Sequence record: PP261279.1
Length of the DNA: 64,000 nt
From: Escherichia phage ECP2303
Reading direction: 5' to 3' (one strand)
Numbering within the stretch: the stretch's first letter is position 1; every line of letters starts with the position of its first letter. This document shows positions 44,870 to 55,303 of the stretch, one piece after another. Below the pieces are notes generated by a model that saw nothing but the letters and a program-made list of their open reading frames with translations, did not search any database and was not told the DNA's origin. Position numbers and translations under genes: made by a program.

Positions 44870-45277
44870 ATGAACAATCTTGCAGATGTAAATGTCGAAA
44901 TTGTTAAACTAAAGTTCTTGGGCTTTCGAGACCCTTATTCTTTAACAGCTATACTAATGGACACTCACTTCACACCAGGTAAAGAGTACACAGCCTTCCG
45001 TTATATTTGTGGAGATCACGAATCAGCTTATAGTGTGAATACAAACCTCGGCGAGGGATATTTCATCAGAGATATCACAGATCACTTATGGGGAATGTGG
45101 GAGTTGGTGGAAGAAGAGAATAAATCCCTTCCTAAAGAGATTTGGGTGCACACCTTCCACACAGGTAAGTTTGGAGGTACGGAACATAAGTCTATCCACT
45201 ATGATGAAGAAAGTGCCATCAAACAACAAGCTGTGCTTGGTGGATCTGTAGAAAAATTTTTTAAATGCGAGGACTGA
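44870..45277 (+). CDS. hypothetical protein
   Basis: Start at MNNLADV... with RBS gaggag. Confidence 0.55.
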   Translation: MNNLADVNVEIVKLKFLGFRDPYSLTAILMDTHFTPGKEYTAFRYICGDHESAYSVNTNLGEGYFIRDITDHLWGMWELVEEENKSLPKEIWVHTFHTGKFGGTEHKSIHYDEESAIKQQAVLGGSVEKFFKCED

Positions 45278-45280
45278 GAA

Positions 45281-45481
45281 ATGGCTGATTTTTGTAAAGA
45301 TTGCTCTGAAGAGTTGTTTGGCTTTGACTGCAAAGATTTGGAAGGTCTGATCACTGAGGATCAGTGGAAGGAAGGCTATGCAGCACCTGTTATTTGTGAA
45401 GGTTGTGGCTATACCTATGTTGACCATAAAGGTAAGCGCGTCAAGCCGTCTGAAGATGGGGCATGTTGGGAGTATTACTAA
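45281..45481 (+). CDS. zinc-ribbon-like small protein
   Basis: 66 aa; CKDC...CEGCG cysteine pairs. Confidence 0.55.
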   Translation: MADFCKDCSEELFGFDCKDLEGLITEDQWKEGYAAPVICEGCGYTYVDHKGKRVKPSEDGACWEYY

Positions 45482-45484
45482 CTA

Positions 45485-45520
45485 TAAAAAGAAAGGGGCC
45501 GTTTGGCCCCTTTTTATTTA
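45485..45520. terminator. bidirectional rho-independent terminator between convergent operons
   Basis: Hairpin aaaggggccgtttggcccctttt flanked by A-run on one side and T-run on the other. Confidence 0.7.
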
Positions 45521-45527
45521 CCCCTTG

Positions 45528-48500
45528 TTAACGAGAAAAGGTTGCGTAGGCTTCTAGACGATACTGCTGGTCACCAGGGAACATAACACCTATAGAGGCT
45601 GTCCCTAGAATCCTGCCTTCCCTTCCAGACTCCATTCTGAACCCTACCCATCCTGAACTCCTTGCAGCCTCGATGTTGTCGCTATACCCGAAAGTGGCAA
45701 GATCGTCAACACCAGCCCCAAACAGCAACTGAAGCTGACTTCTCGGAAGCCCTATAATTTCAGGAATATACGCACCAAAGTACACCATCTGCCCTACCTT
45801 AGGACCGCTGCCGTACTCCATCGGTTTGCTTGTAGAGAAAGTCTTCATACCAGAAGTACCTGCCGGATTAGGGTATGCCCCGTTTGTTGCTGTACCTATC
45901 CACATTCTCCACTGTGGTGCCATCTGTTTAACAGTAAAAGATGTTGAGGACGTTTTGCGGCCTGCATCATCTGTAACTACAAACTTTATGGTGACATTCC
46001 CAGTAGCTTTAAATGTTACCAGTCCTGTGGTAGCATCCACTGTTGCAATGTTGGTATTGCTACTTTCCCAAGTCTTTCTAATCCCAGATACGTTGGAAGG
46101 GGTAATAGAAGGTTCCTGCATCTGCAGTTTACCGCCCACAATCCCTATGCCGTTGCCAGGATTATACAGTGCACCAACCTCGTCTATAATGTTCCCTGCT
46201 TTGAGACTATACTTCCTTGAGAAATTGTAGGTTCCGTTATAAGTGTGTGTCCCTGAGAAGGTGACATCTGCCTTCCCGTAAGAGATGCAAACCAACGCAT
46301 ACTTCCTGTCAGGCAACGTTTCTCCAGTCTCTGGGTGAGTTTTACCTACCTGGAACACACTCGGGTCAGTAGAGTCGTGACTATCACTAACGGAGCTTGG
46401 ACCGCCCATCAACTGTGACAAACAATTCCTTACCCATGTCCAGTTATTATCGCTGGAGAAGTCCACAGTCAAATCAAACACAACCCACTCATTTGGCTTC
46501 CACACAGGTGTTGTAATGGACTTGCCTACACCACCTCCTTGGAGTGTTGCCGACTGTTCAGTGATCAGGGCCGCATAGGCCAGAGTTCCTAAACTCAGAG
46601 TCTGGCTTGCTGTCCTCACTACCTTAGAATCAGCATCTGTGAAGTTGTTGATGATTTGGAATGTGCCATAAGTGTTTTTACAGGTAATTCTGGCGTTCAG
46701 TGTGTCAATCTTCCTCACATCTGCCATAGCAGTGTTAGACACAGAGAAGTCAGAAGCTTTAGCTGAGTTTGCCGCAACAGCAGGATCAACGTTAAGAGTT
46801 GCGTTGAACTGACAAGCAGGAGTAACCAGTAGCTTGTTATCACCTATTTGCTTCCATGAAACACTTTGAACAGGGAGATTCCATTTAATACCTGAGAAAA
46901 CCTTAGCAACCCTTGGCCCCAAAGCTCCAGTCCTGTTGTCTTTACAGCACATAGACATGGTGATCGTTGACGGAGTGGCCTGACCAAATAATTGCTGTGC
47001 TTTTGCAGAGGACATAGTGTAGAAATTGTCCTTAACAAACTCATCAGCAGCTAAAGATCCATCAGCTCTCCACCACTGAACCTGATACCCTGTTTTGTCC
47101 CAACCACCGACCTGCTTCAAGTCCTCCCAGGAGATTTCCAGATCCCCGGTGGTAGGATTGATTGCAGCAGTTCCTGGTGTTCCAGATGACCATATTGGAA
47201 TATCGAACCACGCTGGTTTAACCGACTGCACTGCGCTGGGACCTATTGCGGCAGCAAGTTGCTGGCCCATCAATACGCGAGCATCTTTCACCAGACCCCA
47301 CTCAATCATAGACCCAGAGTAACCTTCTTTCTTGTAGGCTGAGGATCCGTTCAAATGGATGAGTCGGCTTGTGCCAAAGTTATGTGCTCCACCACCGTTG
47401 TCGTCTGCAAAATTGGTTATGATTCTGTCCCTGATATTTTTCCATGCCCTGCCTCCAATCTCGTAGTCATGGTCATAACATCTTTGCAGTGTTGTCCAGC
47501 AAATGATCGCCATCCTTCTACCATTGCTGAAGCCAAAGGCCTGATCGTTAAGCTCTCTCCACAAGTAGCAGTTGGTGGTCCACATGGCCCTATGAATGTT
47601 AAACCAGTTTATAGATTTGGCTGAGTTGTTCCACTGAGTCCCAGGTAATTCAGGCCATACTGCATTAACCAGCATGTCTTCTGTTCCTGCATCAACCAAG
47701 AACCCTCTCACCTTCTTACCCATGCCTACCCTATCTTTTGCAATCCAACTGCCAAACAATCTCAGTTTTGGACCGTAGACAACATCTTCCGGATGCTCAA
47801 AAGAAATATATTTTAGGTATATTGTAGGGTCACCATAGGTGCCATCACAAACAGCTTTGTGCATGTTCTCACCAAGGTCTAGACGAAGTCCTGTTACAAC
47901 TCTAGACGTGTCGGTGAATTTGTCTGTTAAATCAAACTCATACCACCACCAACCTGCACCCAACAATACTTTCTTACAACGCTGTGCATCTGTATCAGAT
48001 ATTCTCTTATCGCCTGCAAAAGGTGAGTCAGCAAACTGATAGTGCAGAGCAACCTCAAAAGGATGTGTGGATGTCCCGTTTTCTGCAAGAACTTGTTTAC
48101 CTATCAGGTCGCACTTAATGATCATCACAACACGTTTGTATCCGTTTGTTACCGGAATTTGCATGGACATGGATGTCCCATCCATGTTTGATCTCAGTGC
48201 AGTCATGATGATATAAGGGTCAACGGCATTGCCCAAAGTCTCAGGACCGGGGATTATCTTATACTTCTTGACCTGCCCCATGATGTAGTCACTTGCGTAA
48301 GTTGCCTCATTCAAGCAAGATCCTCCACCAGGTAACTCACCAGGTCCCCAGAAAAATGCGCCGTAACAGTTGTAGAACCACTTGTTAGGATCGTATTTAT
48401 TCTTGAAGGTCTGAACCTCGTTGGCCTGTTTTGTCAAGAAAACCTGCGTGTCTGTGAAGATTGCAGGGTTTACTCTCGCCTGTCTTGGAGGGTAACCTGT

Positions 48501-51164
48501 AGTTTGGTTAAACCACAAATTACAAGAGTAATCCCTCATATAGTCATAATCAGAGTATTTGTTTACATCTTCGTTCCAACACATGTTTAGGTTGGTACCG
48601 CCCATGCATACAATATATTCTGCGACATACTTATCACTTCTGGTAGGAATACCTATGAACCATCTGTTAACAGGCTCATCCCAAGCTGTGCGCTCATCTT
48701 TAACGCAGATAGCAATCCAGTCATGTGTTCCTGTTTTCTTGCACACATCTCGCTTCATACCATAGTAGAACTCTTTAGTATTCGGCTCAGGTGCATTTAT
48801 CAGGTAACTCCATGCCTGATTTGCATAAGTTCCATTGGTGCGTGGATCATGATCAAAGGCATACATGATGATCCTTTCCCCACCAAGATGTTCGCCAAGA
48901 GTAACTTTGACATTCACATCGCCGTAACCATTGCGAACAACATCCATATTGTCAATAGAGATGCCTCTGGGAGTGTAGGCAATCTTCAGCGAGTTATCCT
49001 CACTAGTGCCACCAAGTGTAATCCCTATGTTGTTTGTTGTCCCGTCGGCATATCTTACTGTGGCTTCCCAGCGTATTCCGAAATATCCTGCATCATGGCT
49101 AACAATTTTCAGTGTACGAGCACCAGAGTTAGGTTTTCCAGGATCAGGCCAAGGATTTGGATGTTCATGGACAGTCAACGATGTCCCGTTTTGCTCGTTG
49201 ACCTGCAACATTTTACCGCCTCTGCCGTTAGGGTTGAACTCCCACAAGGCTTGTGTTTTCACAATATTGTCATACGTGGTACGTCTCTGATCGTAGATCT
49301 CCTGAGTCACATCGTAGGTTACAGACCCGGCATCCATTCTATGGAGTCGTACTATATACGATGTATCGCCTTCTACAGCAGGTTGAGCTGCGTTAAGCCC
49401 GAAGTATACAGTATCGTTGACATGGAACTGTTTGTTTCTACCGACAGTATGCCACTTGCCGTTGGACGGGTACGCTGGGACGATAGTGTTCCAGTTCAAA
49501 GTCCTTGTTGTGTGGGTTCTGCCTGTGCCATGTTTGTCATGATAGGTTATTTTTACAGAGTACAGTCCACGTCTGTTAACATTTCTGTTATATTGGGTAA
49601 CAACAACTTCGTTGGCCCCGCCGTGGTTCCAGTTGGTGGAGAATTGGTAATTTGCATCTGTAACAACCGTGCCTGCAGCATTTACCAGTTCAATCTTGTC
49701 AATAATGAACGTAGCCCCCTCTGGCTGAGGCTTCAATTTCATCTTGACCGTGTCACCAATGTAAATATTGCTAACGCTGCTAACACCGTTAACTTCGAAA
49801 ATATCATCAACACCCCAACTGTCTACTGGGACATTTTTATACCAATTCTCAGGAACCTCTGTGAACCCCTGGCTATTAAGTCTGCCGCCAAACAGGTTGT
49901 TAGATCCTGCAAAACTTCCCCTTGGGATGCCTGACCACCAAAGTTTACCATTAACAACAGTAAAGGTTCCTAAGAAACCTTCTCTGTGGATGCCTTGGAA
50001 ATAAACACTCTCTGTCCAGCTAACTGGCAGGCGTTGCTCAACATATTTAGCTGTAGCAAGAGCTTGATAGTGGATAAAATTAGCCCTAGGGCTATTGTTT
50101 GCAGATTGTGCACCAATATCATTACACAAGTTGCGAGAGAATCCACGATACTGTTTAGTGCCATTATTGAAGAAAATGCCACTTGTGCCATATCCACGAG
50201 CCATTATCACCTCATGGGTGTAGGTGATATTTAAGGAACGCCATGTGTCATCTCCCCAGACGTCTTGCCCGTAGAATACGTTAACAAGCTGCTGGTCATT
50301 GGGTTTGTGCATCCTCTGTGTGGCAATTATTGCCCCGTTAGGGCCACACATAAACCCTTTCCACTCCTCATCTGCAGGAATGCCCCTCAAATCGTTACGA
50401 GTAATCTGCACAGGGGGCCAAACAAGGTCGTTTCTACTGTTATTTCTCAGAAAGTCGTATCCAGCAATCCAGAAACCCCTAGGACCACCGAAAATAACAG
50501 AATTGTCATGCACCTCGCAGTTGATGCTTGGGTTTTTCCAAGGTCCTGTTTCAGGATTTTCCGATGTCTCACCAATCTTCACAGGGGTTGCATGCTGATT
50601 TTTATCTACATGTAAAGATCCGTAGGTGTTGTTACCAGATCCATACAGGTTAAGTATGCCAGTACCTTCTGCCTCTGCAATAACCCAGACAGTGTTGTTA
50701 ATACCGCCCATCACCTCAATAAGGCGTTCTGGGTGGGTGTCAAGGTGCAATCCTTTAACAATCTGCTCTGGGAGTGGTGTCCACTCGTTTACGCAAACAT
50801 CATTACCGCCTGCAGCAGTGGATCCGATAAGACCTGCAGTGCAGCCGATGTAGAAAAACTGGTTATCAAAAGTCCGGATCACAAACGCGCGGTCTGCTCT
50901 CCACACATGATCAACATTCCAGGCTGTTTCGCTCGGATAGTTTATAGGGCTACGATCCCCAGTGCGGCACTCTCCGAACTTGTTATAGCCGGTAATATTA
51001 AGCTGACCATCATCAAAAAGTATAGCTAAGCTATTTACATAGGATACTGTGTTGCTTGTACCATCACTGTTGTCTATTGGGTATGACAGAACAGCAAGTT
51101 CCTTAATTCCACCCCTCTTATCGAGGAAATGACGACCAAGTTTTAGCAAAGGGATTGGAAGCAT
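45528..51164 (-). CDS. giant structural protein (1878 aa) with RCC1-like repeats and Big_2-like Ig domain; putative tail fibre/adhesin
   Basis: Uninterrupted 5.6-kb ORF; N-terminal Gly-rich repeats of beta-propeller type; C-terminal TWESSNTNIATVDATTGLVTFKATGNVTIKFVVTDDAGR resembles Big_2. Confidence 0.8.
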   Translation of the reverse strand: MLPIPLLKLGRHFLDKRGGIKELAVLSYPIDNSDGTSNTVSYVNSLAILFDDGQLNITGYNKFGECRTGDRSPINYPSETAWNVDHVWRADRAFVIRTFDNQFFYIGCTAGLIGSTAAGGNDVCVNEWTPLPEQIVKGLHLDTHPERLIEVMGGINNTVWVIAEAEGTGILNLYGSGNNTYGSLHVDKNQHATPVKIGETSENPETGPWKNPSINCEVHDNSVIFGGPRGFWIAGYDFLRNNSRNDLVWPPVQITRNDLRGIPADEEWKGFMCGPNGAIIATQRMHKPNDQQLVNVFYGQDVWGDDTWRSLNITYTHEVIMARGYGTSGIFFNNGTKQYRGFSRNLCNDIGAQSANNSPRANFIHYQALATAKYVEQRLPVSWTESVYFQGIHREGFLGTFTVVNGKLWWSGIPRGSFAGSNNLFGGRLNSQGFTEVPENWYKNVPVDSWGVDDIFEVNGVSSVSNIYIGDTVKMKLKPQPEGATFIIDKIELVNAAGTVVTDANYQFSTNWNHGGANEVVVTQYNRNVNRRGLYSVKITYHDKHGTGRTHTTRTLNWNTIVPAYPSNGKWHTVGRNKQFHVNDTVYFGLNAAQPAVEGDTSYIVRLHRMDAGSVTYDVTQEIYDQRRTTYDNIVKTQALWEFNPNGRGGKMLQVNEQNGTSLTVHEHPNPWPDPGKPNSGARTLKIVSHDAGYFGIRWEATVRYADGTTNNIGITLGGTSEDNSLKIAYTPRGISIDNMDVVRNGYGDVNVKVTLGEHLGGERIIMYAFDHDPRTNGTYANQAWSYLINAPEPNTKEFYYGMKRDVCKKTGTHDWIAICVKDERTAWDEPVNRWFIGIPTRSDKYVAEYIVCMGGTNLNMCWNEDVNKYSDYDYMRDYSCNLWFNQTTGYPPRQARVNPAIFTDTQVFLTKQANEVQTFKNKYDPNKWFYNCYGAFFWGPGELPGGGSCLNEATYASDYIMGQVKKYKIIPGPETLGNAVDPYIIMTALRSNMDGTSMSMQIPVTNGYKRVVMIIKCDLIGKQVLAENGTSTHPFEVALHYQFADSPFAGDKRISDTDAQRCKKVLLGAGWWWYEFDLTDKFTDTSRVVTGLRLDLGENMHKAVCDGTYGDPTIYLKYISFEHPEDVVYGPKLRLFGSWIAKDRVGMGKKVRGFLVDAGTEDMLVNAVWPELPGTQWNNSAKSINWFNIHRAMWTTNCYLWRELNDQAFGFSNGRRMAIICWTTLQRCYDHDYEIGGRAWKNIRDRIITNFADDNGGGAHNFGTSRLIHLNGSSAYKKEGYSGSMIEWGLVKDARVLMGQQLAAAIGPSAVQSVKPAWFDIPIWSSGTPGTAAINPTTGDLEISWEDLKQVGGWDKTGYQVQWWRADGSLAADEFVKDNFYTMSSAKAQQLFGQATPSTITMSMCCKDNRTGALGPRVAKVFSGIKWNLPVQSVSWKQIGDNKLLVTPACQFNATLNVDPAVAANSAKASDFSVSNTAMADVRKIDTLNARITCKNTYGTFQIINNFTDADSKVVRTASQTLSLGTLAYAALITEQSATLQGGGVGKSITTPVWKPNEWVVFDLTVDFSSDNNWTWVRNCLSQLMGGPSSVSDSHDSTDPSVFQVGKTHPETGETLPDRKYALVCISYGKADVTFSGTHTYNGTYNFSRKYSLKAGNIIDEVGALYNPGNGIGIVGGKLQMQEPSITPSNVSGIRKTWESSNTNIATVDATTGLVTFKATGNVTIKFVVTDDAGRKTSSTSFTVKQMAPQWRMWIGTATNGAYPNPAGTSGMKTFSTSKPMEYGSGPKVGQMVYFGAYIPEIIGLPRSQLQLLFGAGVDDLATFGYSDNIEAARSSGWVGFRMESGREGRILGTASIGVMFPGDQQYRLEAYATFSR

Positions 51165-51212
51165 TGTGTTCTCCAGATAAGAAAACCGCCCCGTCAGGAG
51201 CGGTTAGATATA

Positions 51213-52958
51213 TTAACGTTGTGCAATTACTACGTCTACGATATCACCAACACCACAATACGTTAATTGCAGCAAGGTAACACTGTTAGCCTTGTTGTTA
51301 ATAACAGGTGTTGCCGACAGGATAGCATACTTATCGTGCAAAGTCACGTTGTGACCTACAGCATCCTGAATTACATAGATAACCGCAGTGAATGGATAAG
51401 GTTTATCTTCCGCTGATGTCCCAGGCCACTGTCCTATTGTAAAATCCCCTTTCGCGTGAACAACATACATACTGGCCTGCCCGTTAGGTGTCCATGTCCC
51501 ACTGGACGCGTCAACCTCCTCTAAATCAAAATCTACCTTTCCTGCGTGGAAAGTAGGGGCAGTAATGGTTTTACCCGCCTCAATTTCTTGAGAGGTGGTT
51601 ATCTTGCCACTGGAGTTAATGCCATTACAGACAAAGTTGACATTAGAGAAGTCAGGCAACCACCCAGTCACCGTGCCGGATATTTCAAGGTTGTGAACAG
51701 AGGTGGTGCCAGTCCCTGCTGCGTTTAAACTGACATCTCCATTTACCTGCAAGTTGCGGGTAACGTTGCAGTTTTCAGAGTTTGCAGTTGTTGCAGTTAA
51801 AGTGGTTGTTGTCAGCTCGGTAATTACACCTTTGTTGGCTGTAAGCCCTTCTCCTTCAAAAGTTGCACGCTCATTGACTCTTAAGGTATTCAGAGCTATG
51901 TTTTGGATAGAGGCCGTACCTCGAATAACTACAGACCCGCCAATCTCCAAATCGCCATTTATCAATGCATCACCAGTGCTTTCAATATAGCTAGGATAGA
52001 TCATGGTGCCATCGACAGAGTATGTTATCCCTGTAACGGTACCTGTCACCTCAAGGTTCTTAACCCTGGTGGTCCCATCGACCTGCAATGTCGGTTCGGT
52101 TGCTGCCTTCATGGCATTACCACGAATGTACACGTAGTCAAAAAAGTTATTACCCAGACCATCAAAATGCACATCGTTATTATTAGCCACTGGTTTCCCA
52201 GAAGTTATAGTGTCAGCTATAACCCTGTGGGTGGACACTTCATGAGGTTGCAGCTCTGTACTTCTCCAGTCTGCATGCTTAGGATCGCTCCACGCAAAAG
52301 TAAGTGTAGAAGTATTTGCCGTGAGGATTAGATTCCTAAAGCGTGCAGTAGAATCTGCCCCATTAACAGGTCCATGTAAGGTAAGGGTGCCACCAACTAT
52401 AGTGTTAGCGAGTTCTGTAAGACCTTTTACCACCAAAGATCCTACAGTAACTTTCATCCCCTCCATGGCTTTAAATATGCTATCAACATAGTCAACAACA
52501 AACTCTGTGTTTGCTATGGACTCTGACTTATCGTCCATTGGAGGTGTAGGTACTCGCGGGTCACCTTCGAACCTTGGGCTGTTAAGTTTTGCGTAGTATT
52601 TTGCCATTACTGCAGAGTCGGTGTATAATCTCCAGTTTGGAGATTGTGAAGGATCTGCTGGCATTCTAACCGGGTTAGATTTTGATGCTGCTGGGGCGTA
52701 CCACCACTGAGTGCCTGTATCCCCTTTAAACTCATACAACTGGTTAAAAACTGTTGTGGATGCACCATACGCCCAAGGGATTGGTGGCGTTTTAAAATAA
52801 AGGGTGTCAAGCATGGCTTTTCGTACCGTAGGGATAGTGGTCCCATCCTCTACGACAACTTCATCCACAGCGTTACCGTTGACAATCAAGTGCAAACGTT
52901 CAGAATCAACAATTACTTGATCTACCGCCTGCTCGAAGCTTGTCATGTCTTGCGCCAT
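51213..52958 (-). CDS. tail fibre/tailspike-like protein
   Basis: 581 aa; Thr/Gly/Asn-rich beta-helix-like repeats. Confidence 0.65.
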   Translation of the reverse strand: MAQDMTSFEQAVDQVIVDSERLHLIVNGNAVDEVVVEDGTTIPTVRKAMLDTLYFKTPPIPWAYGASTTVFNQLYEFKGDTGTQWWYAPAASKSNPVRMPADPSQSPNWRLYTDSAVMAKYYAKLNSPRFEGDPRVPTPPMDDKSESIANTEFVVDYVDSIFKAMEGMKVTVGSLVVKGLTELANTIVGGTLTLHGPVNGADSTARFRNLILTANTSTLTFAWSDPKHADWRSTELQPHEVSTHRVIADTITSGKPVANNNDVHFDGLGNNFFDYVYIRGNAMKAATEPTLQVDGTTRVKNLEVTGTVTGITYSVDGTMIYPSYIESTGDALINGDLEIGGSVVIRGTASIQNIALNTLRVNERATFEGEGLTANKGVITELTTTTLTATTANSENCNVTRNLQVNGDVSLNAAGTGTTSVHNLEISGTVTGWLPDFSNVNFVCNGINSSGKITTSQEIEAGKTITAPTFHAGKVDFDLEEVDASSGTWTPNGQASMYVVHAKGDFTIGQWPGTSAEDKPYPFTAVIYVIQDAVGHNVTLHDKYAILSATPVINNKANSVTLLQLTYCGVGDIVDVVIAQR

Positions 52959-52967
52959 GATTTCTCC

Positions 52968-53234
52968 TTAAGCTTTTTGCTCTTCGTTTTTAACGTGGTC
53001 AGGGTGCTGGCAACCCCACCGGAGCGAGATGAATTTGCTAATAAGCTGGGGGCAGGCTACTGAAGGTGCATATATCCACGCATACCATTCAGGAAGCGTA
53101 TCATTATACCCCATATGAATAAACACCCCAGTCATCACCGCCATGCCTATGTTCGACCATAGCTTAGATTGGGATACTTTCGTAGGGTCATCAGATGCCG
53201 CAACCAGTCCCCATAAAAACTGAGTTAGTTTCAT
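52968..53234 (-). CDS. small membrane-associated protein
   Basis: 88-aa ORF with a hydrophobic segment. Confidence 0.5.
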   Translation of the reverse strand: MKLTQFLWGLVAASDDPTKVSQSKLWSNIGMAVMTGVFIHMGYNDTLPEWYAWIYAPSVACPQLISKFISLRWGCQHPDHVKNEEQKA

Positions 53235-53245
53235 TTACCCTCTTT

Positions 53246-54292
53246 TTAAGCATAAGATATAGTGATCCATTGACCGTTTACAAGTTTTTGGATAGCACCT
53301 GTCCAGTAATCACCTTGATAAGGGTGTTTATAAGCGTAGTTACCAGAGCACATCACATGTCCAGGGTAGACTCTTGACTCTCTGTAGGTGGTTTTGAAAC
53401 GGTTTGCTATCCTTACATCGTCAACCCCTCTACTGGGCATAGGGACAGTAAGGTTACCACTACCGTCTGCGCTGTTACCGTTTACCCTGCGGACCACGTT
53501 TCTTCCACCAACGGTTGCATATTGGCCTCTAACGGTTTCATCGTTACAATCAACTCTTCCACCTATTTGAGCGCTTCCGCAGGATTGTTGTCCGTTAACA
53601 GTGGCTCTTGGTATCGTGACCGCATTGGCATTTGCAGAGGAACTTTTTGCATCGTTGCATTCAAGATTTCCTTGGATAGCCAGTCTTGCACGGTTGGCAG
53701 TTATAGCATTGAGCTTCATAGCCGAAAACACAGGCTGCCCACCAGAAGGTTGAAATCTCCAACGGAACCCGTCTATTTGGTGAGAAGGATCATCAAGGTC
53801 TGTGCCGTCAGCACCACCGATGTTGTCCATAATCCAGAAATCCATCGTCGTCTTGTCTGGCGTTATGGTGGTATATATTGCCGCACTGTCTGTTGACGCA
53901 GATGCAAACTCGATTCTTTGGAGACCTAAAGTTTGAGTCTGAGTCATTATGTCTCCAGACTTGTCAACATATAGATCGTCCATTTCTTCAGGTGAGTATA
54001 CATTGAGAACTTGACGTGCAGCAGCTTTGTCTGGAACGTCTGCTAGATTATTAGTGACCCTTAAGAATCTATTATCCCATCCTGGGACAACATCTTCTGT
54101 TAAATGCTTCAACCACGCAGAAAGCATGTGAAGTTCAAAGTTAACAACTTCACATGCCATTCTTTGTGTCATATCCCAACCTTTCAATCTCTCTTCTTTT
54201 TTTGGTTGAGACTTATTCAACTCTCCCGTATTTTCAAGCACAACATCCTGATTGGCCCAAATATCAAGAGGGATAACTGGTTTAGTCATCAC
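53246..54292 (-). CDS. tail fibre protein, paralog 2
   Basis: 348 aa; shares PL(D/E)IWA N-terminus and LQKLVNGQWIT(I/V)(S/N)YA C-terminus with 55304..56344. Confidence 0.7.
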   Translation of the reverse strand: MMTKPVIPLDIWANQDVVLENTGELNKSQPKKEERLKGWDMTQRMACEVVNFELHMLSAWLKHLTEDVVPGWDNRFLRVTNNLADVPDKAAARQVLNVYSPEEMDDLYVDKSGDIMTQTQTLGLQRIEFASASTDSAAIYTTITPDKTTMDFWIMDNIGGADGTDLDDPSHQIDGFRWRFQPSGGQPVFSAMKLNAITANRARLAIQGNLECNDAKSSSANANAVTIPRATVNGQQSCGSAQIGGRVDCNDETVRGQYATVGGRNVVRRVNGNSADGSGNLTVPMPSRGVDDVRIANRFKTTYRESRVYPGHVMCSGNYAYKHPYQGDYWTGAIQKLVNGQWITISYA

Positions 54293-54340
54293 GTTCTCCT
54301 GAGAAAATTCCTTAGGACTATTTTAACACTTTAGAGAACA

Positions 54341-54363
54341 AAATGCAAGAACGGAGTCCTTTC
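54341..54363 (-). terminator. candidate terminator/attenuator hairpin
   Basis: Minus-sense gaacggaaaggactccgttc followed by T-rich tract. Confidence 0.35.
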
Positions 54364-54378
54364 CGTTCTGACCTTTGT

Positions 54379-54693
54379 TTACCTTTTACTATGCTCTACG
54401 AGCATGTGCAAAATCTTTTGTACATCAGCTCGGATGCCGGAGACATCTGTCCTGACATCCTGCTTAAGGTCGTTAATATCGGCCTCTAGCTTGCTTAACC
54501 GGGTCTCGATAACGGAATCAAGTCTATCTTTTGTAACCATACTGTTTTTCACTAAGATGAGGTCTTTCTCCAGTTCATCCAACCTCTGGGAAATGCCTTT
54601 CCATTTGGTGTGCCACTGGTTGAAAGCCCATACACAGATCGGGACAACGGTACCCATACAGATACCGTACAATGCCGCCAAATCCAACTCCAC
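54379..54693 (-). CDS. membrane protein with coiled-coil region
   Basis: 104 aa; N-terminal hydrophobic helix then heptad-like charged region. Confidence 0.55.
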   Translation of the reverse strand: MELDLAALYGICMGTVVPICVWAFNQWHTKWKGISQRLDELEKDLILVKNSMVTKDRLDSVIETRLSKLEADINDLKQDVRTDVSGIRADVQKILHMLVEHSKR

Positions 54694-54704
54694 AACACCT
54701 CCTC

Positions 54705-55289
54705 TTAGAGGGTAGGTCGCTCCGGGAAGAAAATGTCAGGGGCTTTAGATGTATCTATTTCAAGAAGTTTTACCCTGTACATTTTCAAATCTCTGATGTT
54801 ACGTTTCTGGTCATCAGTAAGATCATATTCAAGGTCAATCATGTCTTGATAGGCACCAATTCTAGCAGTAGCCCAAGCAAGTTCTGTCTCTATGACACCC
54901 TCTGCCTGTTGAACAAAGAATTCATTGTCTGTGACAAATTCATCACCAACTAAACGCAAAGCGTCGTGGTGAAGCATAATGTTTTCTGGTACCTCTTCTT
55001 TTTTGGCGATAACCACACGAAGACCTGGAGCAGGCCATAAGGCATCAGGTTCTTCTGTAGATGTCTTAAGAATTCCCTTCTCGTCAACAAGTAGGAAGAT
55101 ACAACCTGGATTTTCTTGTCGCAATGTTCGTGACTGCACATACCAATCGCCATCATCATTACGTAAAAAATACCCAGTGTATGCGGTGTAATCCTCAACC
55201 TCTTGAGGGGTCAGCTCCTTGGTTTCCTTGTTGGCGTGGTATTCGCCAGATCCCGGTTGGTAAAGTTTAAACTCTTGAAGTATTTTCAT
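54705..55289 (-). CDS. tfa: tail fibre assembly chaperone (lambda Tfa-like)
   Basis: C-terminus RDLKMYRVKLLEIDTSKAPDIFFPERP matches the recalled lambda Tfa C-terminus [27 protein letters not shown]; follows a tail-fibre gene. Confidence 0.8.
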   Translation of the reverse strand: MKILQEFKLYQPGSGEYHANKETKELTPQEVEDYTAYTGYFLRNDDGDWYVQSRTLRQENPGCIFLLVDEKGILKTSTEEPDALWPAPGLRVVIAKKEEVPENIMLHHDALRLVGDEFVTDNEFFVQQAEGVIETELAWATARIGAYQDMIDLEYDLTDDQKRNIRDLKMYRVKLLEIDTSKAPDIFFPERPTL

Positions 55290-55303
55290 GCTAGTCCTCC
55301 GAT

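Noticed and set aside
48723-49934. 403-aa plus-strand ORF inside the giant minus-strand gene, and similar antisense ORFs (20756..21400, 24222..24728, 24762..25385)
   Set aside because: They lie antisense within long, motif-supported minus-strand genes, have no RBS and show low-complexity composition typical of shadow ORFs.
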